A stretch of 64,000 nt of DNA, from assembly GCF_030151385.1 (NCBI RefSeq), contig NZ_JASLDS010000045.1:19945-83944 (forward strand), written 5' to 3'. The stretch is from Soonwooa sp. GTDB taxonomy: Bacteria; Bacteroidota; Bacteroidia; Flavobacteriales; Weeksellaceae. The notes beneath the pieces are model-generated. The model made no database searches, was not told the DNA's origin, and saw only the letters and a list, made by a program, of their open reading frames with translations. Of the stretch, positions 1 to 10,803 are shown in pieces. The position numbers and the translations under genes are program-made. Within the stretch, counting starts at the first letter, position 1; each line of letters opens with the position of its first letter.

Positions 1-488
1 CTTGTAGAAACACTAATTTCTTCACCGACACCGAAAGTCTTTTTGATAAAGTGTCTATCTTGCAATTCTAATTTATCTTTGTTAATACCAATTTTTTGAG
101 CTTTCCCAGCTGATGCAATTAGATAAATGCAGTTGTGCTCAACAGGAATCTGATCTGCTGGAACATAGTACAGATTCAACATATAATGATTTGGGTTAAA
201 CGCTTCATCTTCCAAGCCATCAGGTTTTCTCCACGAAAAAGTATTTGCGCCGATTTCTTTTGCTTTTTTGTACACAGCATTAAAAACGGTGACATCATCA
301 TTAGAAAAACCATTCACCAAAATCTCGCCAAGATATTCGCCCTTGGTAATTTCGGGATTAATTTTGTATAAAAATTTATCAGTATTGTCACTGGTTTTTG
401 CAACATTACTCAAGATGACATTTTGCGCAAAAGTCAAAACGCTCAAGAATAAAATAGCGAAAGAAAATATTTTTGTGTGAAGCTTCAT
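1..488 (-). CDS. Secreted hypothetical protein (partial, runs off window start)
   Basis: Read by hand, not in ORF track: ATG at 488, MKLHTKIFSFAILFLSVLTFAQNVILSNVAK..., open to position 1; signal-peptide-like N-terminus. Confidence 0.75.
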   Translation of the reverse strand, partial: MKLHTKIFSFAILFLSVLTFAQNVILSNVAKTSDNTDKFLYKINPEITKGEYLGEILVNGFSNDDVTVFNAVYKKAKEIGANTFSWRKPDGLEDEAFNPNHYMLNLYYVPADQIPVEHNCIYLIASAGKAQKIGINKDKLELQDRHFIKKTFGVGEEISVST

Positions 489-515
489 TATTTTAATATT
501 TAAGTAAGAAAAGCT

Positions 516-1382
516 TTATTTAAAACTTTTTAAAATTTCGATGCAAGATTCCAAACTATGTTCCCAACGACGCGGCTCGATACCATAGGTCGATTCAATT
601 TTGTCAAGATTCATGGTAGAACGCATTGGACGTTTTGCAGGTGTCGGAAATTGCTCGGTTGTAATTGGGTTAAGTTTAACTTTAGAACCAGAAAATTCCT
701 TAATTTTTTCAGCAAAATTAAACCAAGTCGTTTCTGGATAATTTGAGAAATGAAAAATCCCAAAATGCTTAGCATCTTTTTTAATAATTTCCATTATAGC
801 ATCTGCTAAATCGTTTGCGTTGGTTGGTTGACCATATTGATCATTCACGATTCCCAATTCTTCCTTGGTTGCAAACAAATTAAGCATGGTTTTAACGAAG
901 TTCTTATTAAACTCCGAATACAACCAAGATGTTCTCAAAATAATCGTTTTTGGGTTGTTATCTAAAGCCAGCTCCTCGCCTTTTCTCTTACTTGCACCAT
1001 ACACGCCTTGTGGATTGGTAAAGTTATCTTCGCAATAATCGATATTGGTATTCCCCTCGAAAACGTAATCTGTAGAAACATGAATTAAAGTACACTCGTG
1101 GCTTTCGCAAACGTCTGCCAAATCAGCAACTGCATAAGCATTAACAGCAAAAGCTTTTTCCTCTTCGGTTTCCGCTAAATCGACGGCTGTGTAGGCTGAA
1201 GCGTTGATGCAATAATCAGGTTGATAATCCTGAAACTCGCGTGAAATATCCTCGTGTTTTGTAATATCTAAAACGGATGATCCTGTAAAGTTAAAATCAA
1301 AAACATCGTGGTATTTATGTGCTAGTTTTTGCAAGCAATGCCCTAATTGTCCGTTGGCTCCGATTACTAAAATTCTTTTCAT
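516..1382 (-). CDS. rfbD: dTDP-4-dehydrorhamnose reductase
   Basis: GANGQLG Rossmann motif, AYTAVDLAE, STDYVF, YGASK catalytic motif. Confidence 0.95.
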   Translation of the reverse strand: MKRILVIGANGQLGHCLQKLAHKYHDVFDFNFTGSSVLDITKHEDISREFQDYQPDYCINASAYTAVDLAETEEEKAFAVNAYAVADLADVCESHECTLIHVSTDYVFEGNTNIDYCEDNFTNPQGVYGASKRKGEELALDNNPKTIILRTSWLYSEFNKNFVKTMLNLFATKEELGIVNDQYGQPTNANDLADAIMEIIKKDAKHFGIFHFSNYPETTWFNFAEKIKEFSGSKVKLNPITTEQFPTPAKRPMRSTMNLDKIESTYGIEPRRWEHSLESCIEILKSFK

Positions 1383-1394
1383 ACTTATTTATTT

Positions 1395-1874
1395 TTAGTT
1401 TTTATTAAATGCTCGCAAAACCTTTGTACGTTCTGCAAAGTCTTTTTCGGGAAGATCAACAATGGTTGGCGTAAAGAGATCTAAAGTCTCTTGCGGATGC
1501 GGCACACTTGTCCGAGATTTCATACTAAAATGGATAACCGTCATCCAAAGCACAGCGTGAATCGTTTTTTCGTCCTCGCTTTTCATTAAGATTTCCACTT
1601 TAGAAATGCGATCTTGCAATTCTATTAATTTGCTAGAAATTACAACTTTTTTATTATATCGAACTTCTTTGAAATAAGCAATTTCATTTTGAATACTTAC
1701 CCAAGTAAAACCTGTTTTGGTAGCGTATTCTTCGTAAGTAAATCCAAAGTGTTCTTCTACATGATCTTCCCTTGCATTAAGCATGTATACCAAATAATTA
1801 ATGTTGTTGAGATGCCCAATTGGGTCGCAATCTGCAAAGCGAACTTTGGCAATACTCTTGAATTCATTTTCCAT
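1395..1874 (-). CDS. Acyl-CoA thioesterase (4HBT/YbgC hot-dog family)
   Basis: VRFADCDPIGHLNNINY motif; start placed at MENEF (1874), just after a TAnnTTTG promoter. Confidence 0.85.
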   Translation of the reverse strand: MENEFKSIAKVRFADCDPIGHLNNINYLVYMLNAREDHVEEHFGFTYEEYATKTGFTWVSIQNEIAYFKEVRYNKKVVISSKLIELQDRISKVEILMKSEDEKTIHAVLWMTVIHFSMKSRTSVPHPQETLDLFTPTIVDLPEKDFAERTKVLRAFNKN

Positions 1875-1885
1875 AGGGCAAAAAT

Positions 1886-1912
1886 AAAAAAACCACTCCA
1901 ATAAGAGTGGTT
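1886..1912 (-). terminator. Intrinsic terminator after skp genes
   Basis: aaccactc/gagtggtt stem followed by a U tract on the minus strand. Confidence 0.65.
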
Positions 1913-1934
1913 AATATCTGTTAATTAAAACGAA

Positions 1935-2432
1935 TTATTTAATTCCTAATTGCGTTTTAACATCTTGAGTCGCATCTGGACCTCCTTTGTAAACGAATAC
2001 TGTATCGTCAACGATGAAGTCATATCCTTTAGCTTTAGCTACTTTAGAGATAGCGTCTTTAATTTTAGCTTCGATTGGTGTAAGACCAGCGTCATATTTG
2101 TCTCTGATATCTTTTTCGCCAGCCATAGCTTCTTGTTGTAAGTTAGCTTGAAGTTTTTCTAATTCAGCATTTCTTTGCTCATTAATTTGTTGTGTTTGAG
2201 TAGCTGCTTCTTTAGAATATTTTTCGAACAATTGTTGAGCCGAAGCTTTCTTTTTATCTAATTCTGTTTTTTTAGCATCAGATAAAGTTTTCATTTGTTG
2301 GTCTAACTTAATTTTTTCGGGCATTACGCTAAGTACAGATGCAACATCTAATGAAGCAATCTTTTGAGCTTTTGCAACGCCTACTGCAACAAACATCATA
2401 ACTGCTGCAAATAATACACTTAGTTTTTTCAT
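1935..2432 (-). CDS. skp: OmpH/Skp periplasmic chaperone
   Basis: Signal peptide, coiled coil, C-terminal VAKAKGYDFIVD...DATQDVK; downstream of bamA. Confidence 0.9.
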   Translation of the reverse strand: MKKLSVLFAAVMMFVAVGVAKAQKIASLDVASVLSVMPEKIKLDQQMKTLSDAKKTELDKKKASAQQLFEKYSKEAATQTQQINEQRNAELEKLQANLQQEAMAGEKDIRDKYDAGLTPIEAKIKDAISKVAKAKGYDFIVDDTVFVYKGGPDATQDVKTQLGIK

Positions 2433-2461
2433 AATAGAATTTATATAATTTTAATTGTTAC

Positions 2462-3127
2462 TTAATTTGCTTGGAAACTATTATCCGTTTTTAATTTTTG
2501 AGTTTCGTTTACATTACCTCTCGCAGGCTTACTTGTTCTTGATTTTGGATTGTTATCATTATTAAGAACTGGTGCGCCAACTTTGTTTCCTGGCTTCGTA
2601 TCATTATTAGATTTTGGAAGATTCTTCACTAATAAATCTAGCACAGCATCCGTATAATCATACTTTTTGTCCAAGAACAAAACGCTAGTGTTATTGCTTT
2701 TATCAATAACTATGCCCAATGTATTTTTTTTGGACATCACATCAATACTATTCCAGATTTGATCTTGGTAAGGCTTAACTAAACTAGAGCGAAGCTGATC
2801 AATCTCACCACCTGTACCAAAACGGCCATTAATAGTGTTGCGGATATTATTTTCTAAATCCGATATTTCTTTTTCTCTCAATTTTAATTGATCTCCAACT
2901 AATAAAACTTTTTCGCTCTCGAAAGCCGCTTTTTTAGTCTCGTATTCGTTTTGCAATCTTTGCAAATCGCCTTGCCATTGAGACACTTGATTGTTAAGTC
3001 TAGTCTCAGCTTCTTTATATTGTGGTAATTTGCTCAATATATAACTGGTATCAACAACACCAATTTTTTGTGCGAAAGCTGTTCCTGAAAAAACACATAA
3101 TGTAAAAGCTAAAACTAATTTCTTCAT
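2462..3127 (-). CDS. skp: OmpH/Skp periplasmic chaperone (with low-complexity tail)
   Basis: QKIGVVDTSYILSKLPQY and YDYTDAVL motifs; follows bamA. Confidence 0.9.
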   Translation of the reverse strand: MKKLVLAFTLCVFSGTAFAQKIGVVDTSYILSKLPQYKEAETRLNNQVSQWQGDLQRLQNEYETKKAAFESEKVLLVGDQLKLREKEISDLENNIRNTINGRFGTGGEIDQLRSSLVKPYQDQIWNSIDVMSKKNTLGIVIDKSNNTSVLFLDKKYDYTDAVLDLLVKNLPKSNNDTKPGNKVGAPVLNNDNNPKSRTSKPARGNVNETQKLKTDNSFQAN

Positions 3128-3145
3128 ATTACAAATGTATAAAAA

Positions 3146-5686
3146 TTATAATGGTTGGTTCATTAAGAAGTGCGTTTGCCATCCTGACGGTTCTGTTTGA
3201 CCAAGACCTTTGTCAAATCCATAAGCAAAGTCAAATCCAATCAAACCAAATGCAGACATCGAAACTCTAATACCAACACCTACTGATCTCTTCAACTGGA
3301 ACGGGTTATAACTTCCCCAAGAATTCCAAGCATTACCACCTTCAACAAAGGTTAAAGCAAAAATCTTTGCAGTTTGGTTCATAGATATTGGATATCTTAA
3401 CTCCGCAGCAAATCTGTTATAAATTGTTGCGCCACCATAAGGCGTAATATCATAAGGTGTAGATGCTGTGAAACCTGTAGAAGAAGCATTCTCATAACCT
3501 CTCAAAGGAACAATCTCTCTACCATCGAATCTACCATTGAAAAGCCCGACACCTCCGACATAGAATCTCTCAAATGGTGGCGCTCCCAGCTCTTTGTTAT
3601 ATCCACTAAGGTATCCCATCTCTGCAGTTGTTCTAAGAACAAGTTTACCGATAACTTCGTTGTAGAAATCTGCTTTAAATTTAACTTTAAAGAATTCCAT
3701 CCACTTATACTTATCCAAAGCTGACATTGTAGAATAATCTTTCTTCTCAAATATCGAATAAGGTGGTGTAAATTTCACATTAAAATCCAAGTTTGATCCA
3801 TAAGTTGGGAAAATTGGATCTAGACCAGCTGAACTACGTGTAAGACCTAAGTTGATTGTAAATGACTTTGTCGTACCATTCATTTCTTGCTGATCCCCAA
3901 ACTGGAATGGATAGTTCTGGAAGTTATAACTCTGGAACTGTAGACCAGTGTAGAATGAGAAATAATCATCTGGCCAATTTAGTCTTCTTGTTAAACCTAC
4001 GTTAGCAGAGAAAATATTTAATTTTTGGTTTTCACCTGAAACATAATCGTAATTAACACGAGAGTAGTTAAAACCAACACTCAAGGCAGTTGGACGTGTA
4101 CCAAATAACCAAGGCTCAACAAATGAAATTGAGTAGTTGGTAAAATACTGTCCTGCCTGTGCTTGCAAAGATAAAGTCTGACCATCTCCCTGAGGAACTG
4201 GCTTAAAGTCTTTAAGCTTCAAGAAGTTTCTTAGCGAGAAGTTGTTAAATGTCAAACCTAAAGTTCCGATAAAAGAGTTACCTCCATAACCAGCTTGCAA
4301 TTGGACTTGCGAAGATCCTTTCTCCACCAAGGTCCAATGCATATTAACCGTATTATCCTGCGGATTTGGTTTAACATCAGTTCCGATTTGTTGAGGATCA
4401 AAAAACTGCATCCCTGCCAATTCGAAATAAGTTCTTTTAATATCAGATTTTGCAAACAAAGCACCAGGCATTGTTCTTAAAGATCTAAGGATAACGTGGT
4501 CATGTGTTGTTGTATTACCAGACCAAGTTACACGGTTCCAAGTTGCCTTTTCACCTTCGTTGATACGGATTTCAAGATCAATAGAATCTCCTTTAACTGC
4601 TTTTTCTACTGGTGTTATTGTTGAGAAAAGGAAACCATTGTTCATGTAGATAGACTTGATGTCAGAATCATCTTCTTTACCACCATCTTCACCTACTTTC
4701 TTGTTAAATCCAACTGCATCGTAAATATCACCCGTTTTATAACCTAATATCTTTTGTAAAAACTCTGTTGTAAAGGTTGTATTTCCAATAAAGTTAACAT
4801 TACCAATATAATATTTTTTACCTTCTTTAAGGTCAACATTGATATGGTACCCCTTTTGATCACGCGTTACTGAATCAGACACAATTGCAGCATCTCTAAA
4901 ACCTAAAGAGTTGTAATAACTGATAAGGTGCTTTTTATCCTCTTCATATTTATCTTCAATAAATTTTGATGGTTTAATAAGCCCGATTAAGAAACGCTTT
5001 TGCTTAGTGTCTTTGAAACCATTTTTTCTAAGTTTACTAGAAGAAACGTTTTCATTTCCTTTGAAAATAATTTCGTCAATCTTAACCTTTTTGCCTTTAT
5101 CAACTTCAATAGTCCAGTCTACCATGTTAGGATCGGTAGCACTTGGTGTATCCGTAATCTTGATTTTAGCATCCGCAAAACCTTTTTTGATGTATTCTTG
5201 CGGAATTTTATTTTGTAAACTAGAAACTAGATTGTTATTAATCTTTGTTCCTGGTTTAAGATTATTATCTTTAATAAATTTTTCGTTCTTCGACTTCCCA
5301 ACACCCTTTCCTGTGAACTTCACTTGTCCAAGTTCTTTAAGATCTTGCAAAGAAAAACGAAGCACAGCTTGATCGCCATCTACAGTTTCTACAAGAACTT
5401 CAACTTTCGAAAAAGATTGAGAATCCCATAATTTCTTAATTGCAGAACTAATGCGCTGACCTGGTATTTCGATTTTTTCTCCCTTTACCAAACCTGCCAT
5501 TCTAAGGATCTGTGCCGAAGAATATTTTTTAACACCATCAACAACGATGTCTTTTAGAAAGTACTCATGTCCATCTGGCTCATTTTGTACTTCTGTAGTT
5601 TGGGTACCAGTTTGTGGGTTTATTTGTGCATTAACTACATTAGCTGTAGCTGCAAAAAATATTATAGGTAAAATAATTTTTTTCAT
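3146..5686 (-). CDS. bamA: Outer membrane protein assembly factor BamA
   Basis: POTRA-like repeats, PLRGY motif, C-terminal barrel GLIGFDFAYGFD...WQTHF; start placed at MKKIIL. Confidence 0.95.
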   Translation of the reverse strand: MKKIILPIIFFAATANVVNAQINPQTGTQTTEVQNEPDGHEYFLKDIVVDGVKKYSSAQILRMAGLVKGEKIEIPGQRISSAIKKLWDSQSFSKVEVLVETVDGDQAVLRFSLQDLKELGQVKFTGKGVGKSKNEKFIKDNNLKPGTKINNNLVSSLQNKIPQEYIKKGFADAKIKITDTPSATDPNMVDWTIEVDKGKKVKIDEIIFKGNENVSSSKLRKNGFKDTKQKRFLIGLIKPSKFIEDKYEEDKKHLISYYNSLGFRDAAIVSDSVTRDQKGYHINVDLKEGKKYYIGNVNFIGNTTFTTEFLQKILGYKTGDIYDAVGFNKKVGEDGGKEDDSDIKSIYMNNGFLFSTITPVEKAVKGDSIDLEIRINEGEKATWNRVTWSGNTTTHDHVILRSLRTMPGALFAKSDIKRTYFELAGMQFFDPQQIGTDVKPNPQDNTVNMHWTLVEKGSSQVQLQAGYGGNSFIGTLGLTFNNFSLRNFLKLKDFKPVPQGDGQTLSLQAQAGQYFTNYSISFVEPWLFGTRPTALSVGFNYSRVNYDYVSGENQKLNIFSANVGLTRRLNWPDDYFSFYTGLQFQSYNFQNYPFQFGDQQEMNGTTKSFTINLGLTRSSAGLDPIFPTYGSNLDFNVKFTPPYSIFEKKDYSTMSALDKYKWMEFFKVKFKADFYNEVIGKLVLRTTAEMGYLSGYNKELGAPPFERFYVGGVGLFNGRFDGREIVPLRGYENASSTGFTASTPYDITPYGGATIYNRFAAELRYPISMNQTAKIFALTFVEGGNAWNSWGSYNPFQLKRSVGVGIRVSMSAFGLIGFDFAYGFDKGLGQTEPSGWQTHFLMNQPL

Positions 5687-5725
5687 TTCTCTTCCTGAGT
5701 TCTTCAATCGCTAAATCCCCTTTTG

Positions 5726-6469
5726 TTACTTGACTTGCTCACTAGTCATTCCGTAACGTCTTTCTTTATTTTGATAATCCAATATACATTGGAAAAAAAT
5801 GTCTTTACTAAAGTCTGGCCACAACACATTCAAGAATTGAAGCTCAGCATATGCTATTTGCCAAAGCATAAAATTACTAATACGAATCTCTCCACTTGTA
5901 CGAATCATAAGATCTACAGGTGGAAAATCTTTTGTATAAAGATGACTTTCGAATACTTTCCCGTCAATATCTTCTACTGACAATTGCCCATCTTTAACAT
6001 CAGAAGCAATTTCTTTAACTGCTTTTAGAATTTCATTTTGAGCACCATAGTTAAGCGCCAAAATAAGATTCCCTCTTGTATTATTTTTTGTTAAATCAAC
6101 CAAATTAAGGAGCTGATCTCGCACTAATTCTGGCAATTTAGAAATATCCCCAATAAAATGAAGTCTTAAACCTTTTGTATAAATTTCCTCTGCCTCGTTA
6201 AGCAGAGATTCTGATAACAAAGACATTAATGTGTCCACTTCATCTGTTGGACGTTTCCAATTTTCTGTTGAAAAAGTATAAAGTGTTAGGTAGGGTATAT
6301 TGATTTCGTTACATGCATTAATGGCGTTACGAACGGCCTCGATAGCATTACGATGACCAAATGTCCTCTGCTCTCCTCTTGTTTTTGCCCAACGACCATT
6401 ACCATCCATAATGATTGCAACATGCTGCGGCAAATTCTCCTTATCTATTTTTTCTTTTAAGTCTGACAT
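5726..6469 (-). CDS. uppS: Undecaprenyl diphosphate synthase
   Basis: HVAIIMDGNGRWA, FSTENWKRP, IRTSGEIRISNFMLWQ. Confidence 0.97.
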   Translation of the reverse strand: MSDLKEKIDKENLPQHVAIIMDGNGRWAKTRGEQRTFGHRNAIEAVRNAINACNEINIPYLTLYTFSTENWKRPTDEVDTLMSLLSESLLNEAEEIYTKGLRLHFIGDISKLPELVRDQLLNLVDLTKNNTRGNLILALNYGAQNEILKAVKEIASDVKDGQLSVEDIDGKVFESHLYTKDFPPVDLMIRTSGEIRISNFMLWQIAYAELQFLNVLWPDFSKDIFFQCILDYQNKERRYGMTSEQVK

Positions 6470-6472
6470 TTA

Positions 6473-7219
6473 CTATTTGCAATTACAAGGAGGTCGTCCA
6501 AATGAATATGATAAGATAATGGTCGCCGAATTAACCCAATCATTAGAATTTGGATTCCCAACATTTCTAACATCTTGTACAACTTGTGGTGCATTTTCTA
6601 CAACACTATAATCGATGGCATCAGAAAAACTTTGTCTAAATGTGAATTCTCCTGAAATAGCCCAATTATAATTAAACTTATACTTCAAACCAGCACCAAA
6701 TGGCAAGTCCATAGACATTTTTTTAGCAGTACTGAATGTAGGTTTTCCATCAGGCGAAGAGTCATATTTAGCGACATCATGCATCATACCTCCAATTCCA
6801 GCAAAAATATAAGGACTTAATTTACTTTTATGCTCTTCATTGATATCGAAGAAATAATACTCGTATAGTAAATCTGCATGAAAGATGGAATTGTCACCAT
6901 ACAAGCCTCTTTGTCTTCTATAGTTCTCTTTTGCATGTAAGTCACTAAATTGAATATGGCTATATCCAAGATTAATCCTAAGAGATTGCTGAGGATTAAC
7001 ATTTAATCGATAAATGATACCAAGATACATTGGTACACCAAGATCTAAGGTTTTTCCAAAAATGGGTTTTTGTAAGATAAAATTGGTATTACCAATATCA
7101 CCTACCAAATTACTAACACCCAACTGGACACCTAATTCATGACGTTGAGCCTTTAATGTGGTCACACTAAAAAAGCAAACAAAAATCAGTAAAAAACTAT
7201 AAACAAATTTTACTCTCAT
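6473..7219 (-). CDS. porG: Small outer membrane beta-barrel, DUF6089/PorG-like
   Basis: Signal peptide, GDIG motif, amphipathic strands, C-terminal YSFGRPPC; synteny with uppS-bamA-skp-skp as in the Porphyromonas porG operon. Confidence 0.65.
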   Translation of the reverse strand: MRVKFVYSFLLIFVCFFSVTTLKAQRHELGVQLGVSNLVGDIGNTNFILQKPIFGKTLDLGVPMYLGIIYRLNVNPQQSLRINLGYSHIQFSDLHAKENYRRQRGLYGDNSIFHADLLYEYYFFDINEEHKSKLSPYIFAGIGGMMHDVAKYDSSPDGKPTFSTAKKMSMDLPFGAGLKYKFNYNWAISGEFTFRQSFSDAIDYSVVENAPQVVQDVRNVGNPNSNDWVNSATIILSYSFGRPPCNCK

Positions 7220-7416
7220 ATTATTTCGGGACTATTTTTCCCTAAAAATTGCTGCAAATATAACACATTTTTACTTTAGGGAACTTCTTAAATTTTCGTT
7301 AAAAATAATCGAACTTAATTAAAATAAGTTAATTAGATAACGAAAAAAAATAAAATTATTATAAAGTCATCCAAAATTAAACTTTTGCAAACACAAAAAA
7401 ACTTTTCTTAAAACAA

Positions 7417-9909
7417 TTAATTTCTTCTGAAAATCTTTCGAATCTGATTTCTGACTTTAATAATCATTGGTTCTTTGTAATCGACATCTTCTTCAAAATA
7501 ACCATAGCCATAACCGTAACCATAGCCGTAACCATAGCCATAACCATAACCTTGTTTCGCTTCATAATCATTGTAGATTAATCCAATATGACTAACTTCT
7601 TTTTTAGCAACCTTTTCCTTAATCATATTAAGCATATACTTTTCAGTATATTCGTGTCTAACAATATATACGGTTGCATCAACATACTTCATTAACTCAA
7701 AAGCATCTGCAACCAAGCCAACTGGAGGAGAATCTATCACAATAAACTCATATTGCTTTTTTAATTCTTCAATAAAAATTTGATTTCTCGCTCCCAAAAG
7801 TAACTCTGAAGGATTTGGAGGAATTGGACCAGAAGTTATGACATCCAAACTAGGTATTTGAGTCTTGTTAACAATTTGCTCCAAGCTAACCTCTCCTGTA
7901 AGATAATTAGAAACACCATCTTTGTTGGTAAATTTGAAGTCGCCAAAAATTTTAGGCTTACGTAAGTCCATACCTAATAACACCGTTTTTTTCCCACTTA
8001 GAGCTAAAATTGTTGCCAAATTCATTGACGAATATGTCTTCCCTTCTCCACTAATGGATGATGTTATCAAAATAACTTTGCAAGGCTTACTATCATCGTA
8101 TAAAAACTTGAGATTCGATCTTACACCTCTAAAAGCCTCTGAAATTGAAGATTTTGGACGATCCAAAACAGTAAGATTACTATCTTCAGTATTTTTACCA
8201 ATAACTCCTAGTAAAGGTATTTTTGTAACATTAACAACTTCTTTAATATTTCGCACTCTATTATCTAAAACTTCTGCTATTGCAATAAATAGAAGAGGAA
8301 GGAACAACAACCCGCCCATAATCGCACTTTGTATCATTTTAATATTAGGAGCAATAGGTCCTTGACCAAGGTTTTTTGCTTTATCTATAATCGTTAAATT
8401 ACTCTTATTAGAAACAATACGCATTTGCGCCTTTGCTTGTTCACTTAATAAAGTATTATAAGTAGCTTCGATAATGCTGTAACCTCTTTGCGCATCTAAA
8501 AACTGGCGTTGCTTTTCTGGCAAAGTATTCAGATCACCATCAATCTTTTGAACTTGCGAATTAAGATCTAGCAATTGCTCATCAAACTTAGAATAATATT
8601 GCCTAAGTCCATTTGTTGAATTGTTTCTAGCTTCGTTAATCAACCTATTAATTTCACGCATTGGCTCAGAATTAGGCGTGTAGATTGTTGCCATCTCTCT
8701 ACGCTTTGCATAAAGTGCCTTTAATTCAGATACAGAAGCAGAGAAGGCTCCATCCTCAATGCCTGCAGAGCTAATGTTAATTATTTTTTCAATATTATTA
8801 GAGCTAACAACATTTCTTACTTGGTCCAAGTTTTTCATTTTTGATAATAGCTCGGCCTTCTTAGATTCTAATTGCTTTAATTCTTCAAATGTTTTAGAAT
8901 CGAGGTTAGTCATATCAAAAAGCTTATTATCAATCTTAATTTGATTAAGCTTTGCAGCACTTGAATCTAACTTCTTTCTAACATCATTAAGATTCTCAGC
9001 AAGATATTCTAATGTATTTTTATCTACCGTATTGGTATCTTCTAATCTCTTCTTTATTAATTCATCAATCGCAGTATTCAAAAAACGAACGGTTCCGTTT
9101 AGATTATAGCCAGTCTTCCCAACAAACATAATAGTGGGCAACTCTTGATCGAAATTAACAGAAAGTGTTGATACGATTCCACCTACAGCCTCACTAACCG
9201 ACATTAATGAAATATTAATATTATCAAACTTAATAGGTGACGGATTTGGATTTTTCTCTAATTTGAAACGTAAATTAGGCGAAGTATACCACTCATCAAC
9301 CCCAATTATTTTATTTGCAGGCCGTGCATAACTAGGTATATCAGAATAAGATTCGGTGATGTAACTATACAATGTTGTAGATTCACCCTCTTCTGGAAGG
9401 ATAACTTCATACTTATCGTTTCCTTTAGGAATTAAAGTGATTTGATAATTAACTTGCTGCAAATGCGCCTTATCAATAACGAGTACAACTGGAGAATCAT
9501 CTTGATCCAAATAGGTATGCTTTATTGCTCCCTTGGTAGTATAGTTGGTATAAAGATCTAATTTATTAACTAAATACTCGTTCAAACTACGTGAAAATAG
9601 AATTTTCTTGATGTATATACCATCTTGGTTACCACCCTGCCCCCAAATAAAGTTAATAGACTGATTTGGTGTAAAATAACTAGATGTATTATTAGAAATA
9701 CTTAATGATAATTGCGATTGATATATACGCTGCGCATAATACTTACTATATAAATACGAAATTGAATAACCCAGCATACCAAGAATGACAAACCAGTACC
9801 AATTTCTTAAGATACGATGTAAAAAATGCATAGGATCGAACAAGCTAAAAGATTTACCCTTAACTTCCTCTTCGACATGCTGTTGCTTGTTATTATTTTC
9901 TGGAATCAT
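7417..9909 (-). CDS. wzc: Polysaccharide co-polymerase / BY-kinase
   Basis: Two TM segments, TSSISGEGKT Walker A, DLRKP, IDSPP, C-terminal (GY)9 tyrosine cluster. Confidence 0.93.
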   Translation of the reverse strand: MIPENNNKQQHVEEEVKGKSFSLFDPMHFLHRILRNWYWFVILGMLGYSISYLYSKYYAQRIYQSQLSLSISNNTSSYFTPNQSINFIWGQGGNQDGIYIKKILFSRSLNEYLVNKLDLYTNYTTKGAIKHTYLDQDDSPVVLVIDKAHLQQVNYQITLIPKGNDKYEVILPEEGESTTLYSYITESYSDIPSYARPANKIIGVDEWYTSPNLRFKLEKNPNPSPIKFDNINISLMSVSEAVGGIVSTLSVNFDQELPTIMFVGKTGYNLNGTVRFLNTAIDELIKKRLEDTNTVDKNTLEYLAENLNDVRKKLDSSAAKLNQIKIDNKLFDMTNLDSKTFEELKQLESKKAELLSKMKNLDQVRNVVSSNNIEKIINISSAGIEDGAFSASVSELKALYAKRREMATIYTPNSEPMREINRLINEARNNSTNGLRQYYSKFDEQLLDLNSQVQKIDGDLNTLPEKQRQFLDAQRGYSIIEATYNTLLSEQAKAQMRIVSNKSNLTIIDKAKNLGQGPIAPNIKMIQSAIMGGLLFLPLLFIAIAEVLDNRVRNIKEVVNVTKIPLLGVIGKNTEDSNLTVLDRPKSSISEAFRGVRSNLKFLYDDSKPCKVILITSSISGEGKTYSSMNLATILALSGKKTVLLGMDLRKPKIFGDFKFTNKDGVSNYLTGEVSLEQIVNKTQIPSLDVITSGPIPPNPSELLLGARNQIFIEELKKQYEFIVIDSPPVGLVADAFELMKYVDATVYIVRHEYTEKYMLNMIKEKVAKKEVSHIGLIYNDYEAKQGYGYGYGYGYGYGYGYGYFEEDVDYKEPMIIKVRNQIRKIFRRN

Positions 9910-9911
9910 TT

Positions 9912-10775
9912 TTAAAGCTTAGTAAAGATCAAATAGATAGACAGAACTGTTGTCAATAATGACACTCCTGTTGTTAAACTTTGTAATGGCTCCTTGCCAA
10001 AACCTGAGATACTCTTCTTATTGGTACTCAACATTATCATATCTCCATTTTGTAACCAAAAATATGGAGAATTCATAACATCTTCTCTTGTTAGGTCTAG
10101 CTTAACACGTTTTACGCCTTCAGGATATTTTCTAAGTAGCACTATATTCTTACGATCTACCGTTCTATTAAGCCCATCATTAGTTGAGATCGCTTCTAGA
10201 ATATTAAGCTGTTGTACATGCGCCACTTTAGCACCTGTCAATCCAACACCTTCCATATCTCCAAGAATAAAATAATTGATACCATCTAGACTTACACGAA
10301 CCTCCGATTTGCCATCTAGAAAATTCTCGTTGACTTTGGTTTGAATCTCTTGGCTGATATCCTCTAATGTACGACCTTCCGCTTTTACAAAACCAATTCC
10401 AAAAACATAAACATCACCTTTAGAATCCACTTTCAAACCATTGAAATAAAAACGAGCATTCCCAACCATTCCCCCTCCAGACGCTGATCCTCCTACAGCA
10501 TTTGCTATAGGGTTCTGACCACCACCAGACTCTGAGCCTCCACTTACATTATAGCTTGAATAAAATTGTGCGGCATCGCCTTTTGGAGTAGTAATAATAT
10601 TAAGTCCTAAAATATCATTTTTTGTAACATGATATTCTTGTATGTTATATGGAATTAAGCCTTCTGAATTAAGCGTTAAGCTTTCACTAGGTTGTAAATA
10701 AGTAATGTCTTTTCTCGATATACAAGAAGACACCAAAAAAGTAAAGCTTAATAATAAAAATATTTTTTTTAACAT
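9912..10775 (-). CDS. wza: Polysaccharide export lipoprotein
   Basis: Lipobox VSSC, Poly_export-like VDSKG...IGFVKAEG, adjacent to wzc. Confidence 0.88.
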   Translation of the reverse strand: MLKKIFLLLSFTFLVSSCISRKDITYLQPSESLTLNSEGLIPYNIQEYHVTKNDILGLNIITTPKGDAAQFYSSYNVSGGSESGGGQNPIANAVGGSASGGGMVGNARFYFNGLKVDSKGDVYVFGIGFVKAEGRTLEDISQEIQTKVNENFLDGKSEVRVSLDGINYFILGDMEGVGLTGAKVAHVQQLNILEAISTNDGLNRTVDRKNIVLLRKYPEGVKRVKLDLTREDVMNSPYFWLQNGDMIMLSTNKKSISGFGKEPLQSLTTGVSLLTTVLSIYLIFTKL

Positions 10776-10803
10776 TGTTAATTATATAATTTCAAAATTA
10801 ATA

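Noticed and set aside
7498..7551. Hexamer repeat in wzc as a phase-variation tract
   Set aside because: It encodes the expected (GY)9 tyrosine cluster with mixed synonymous codons
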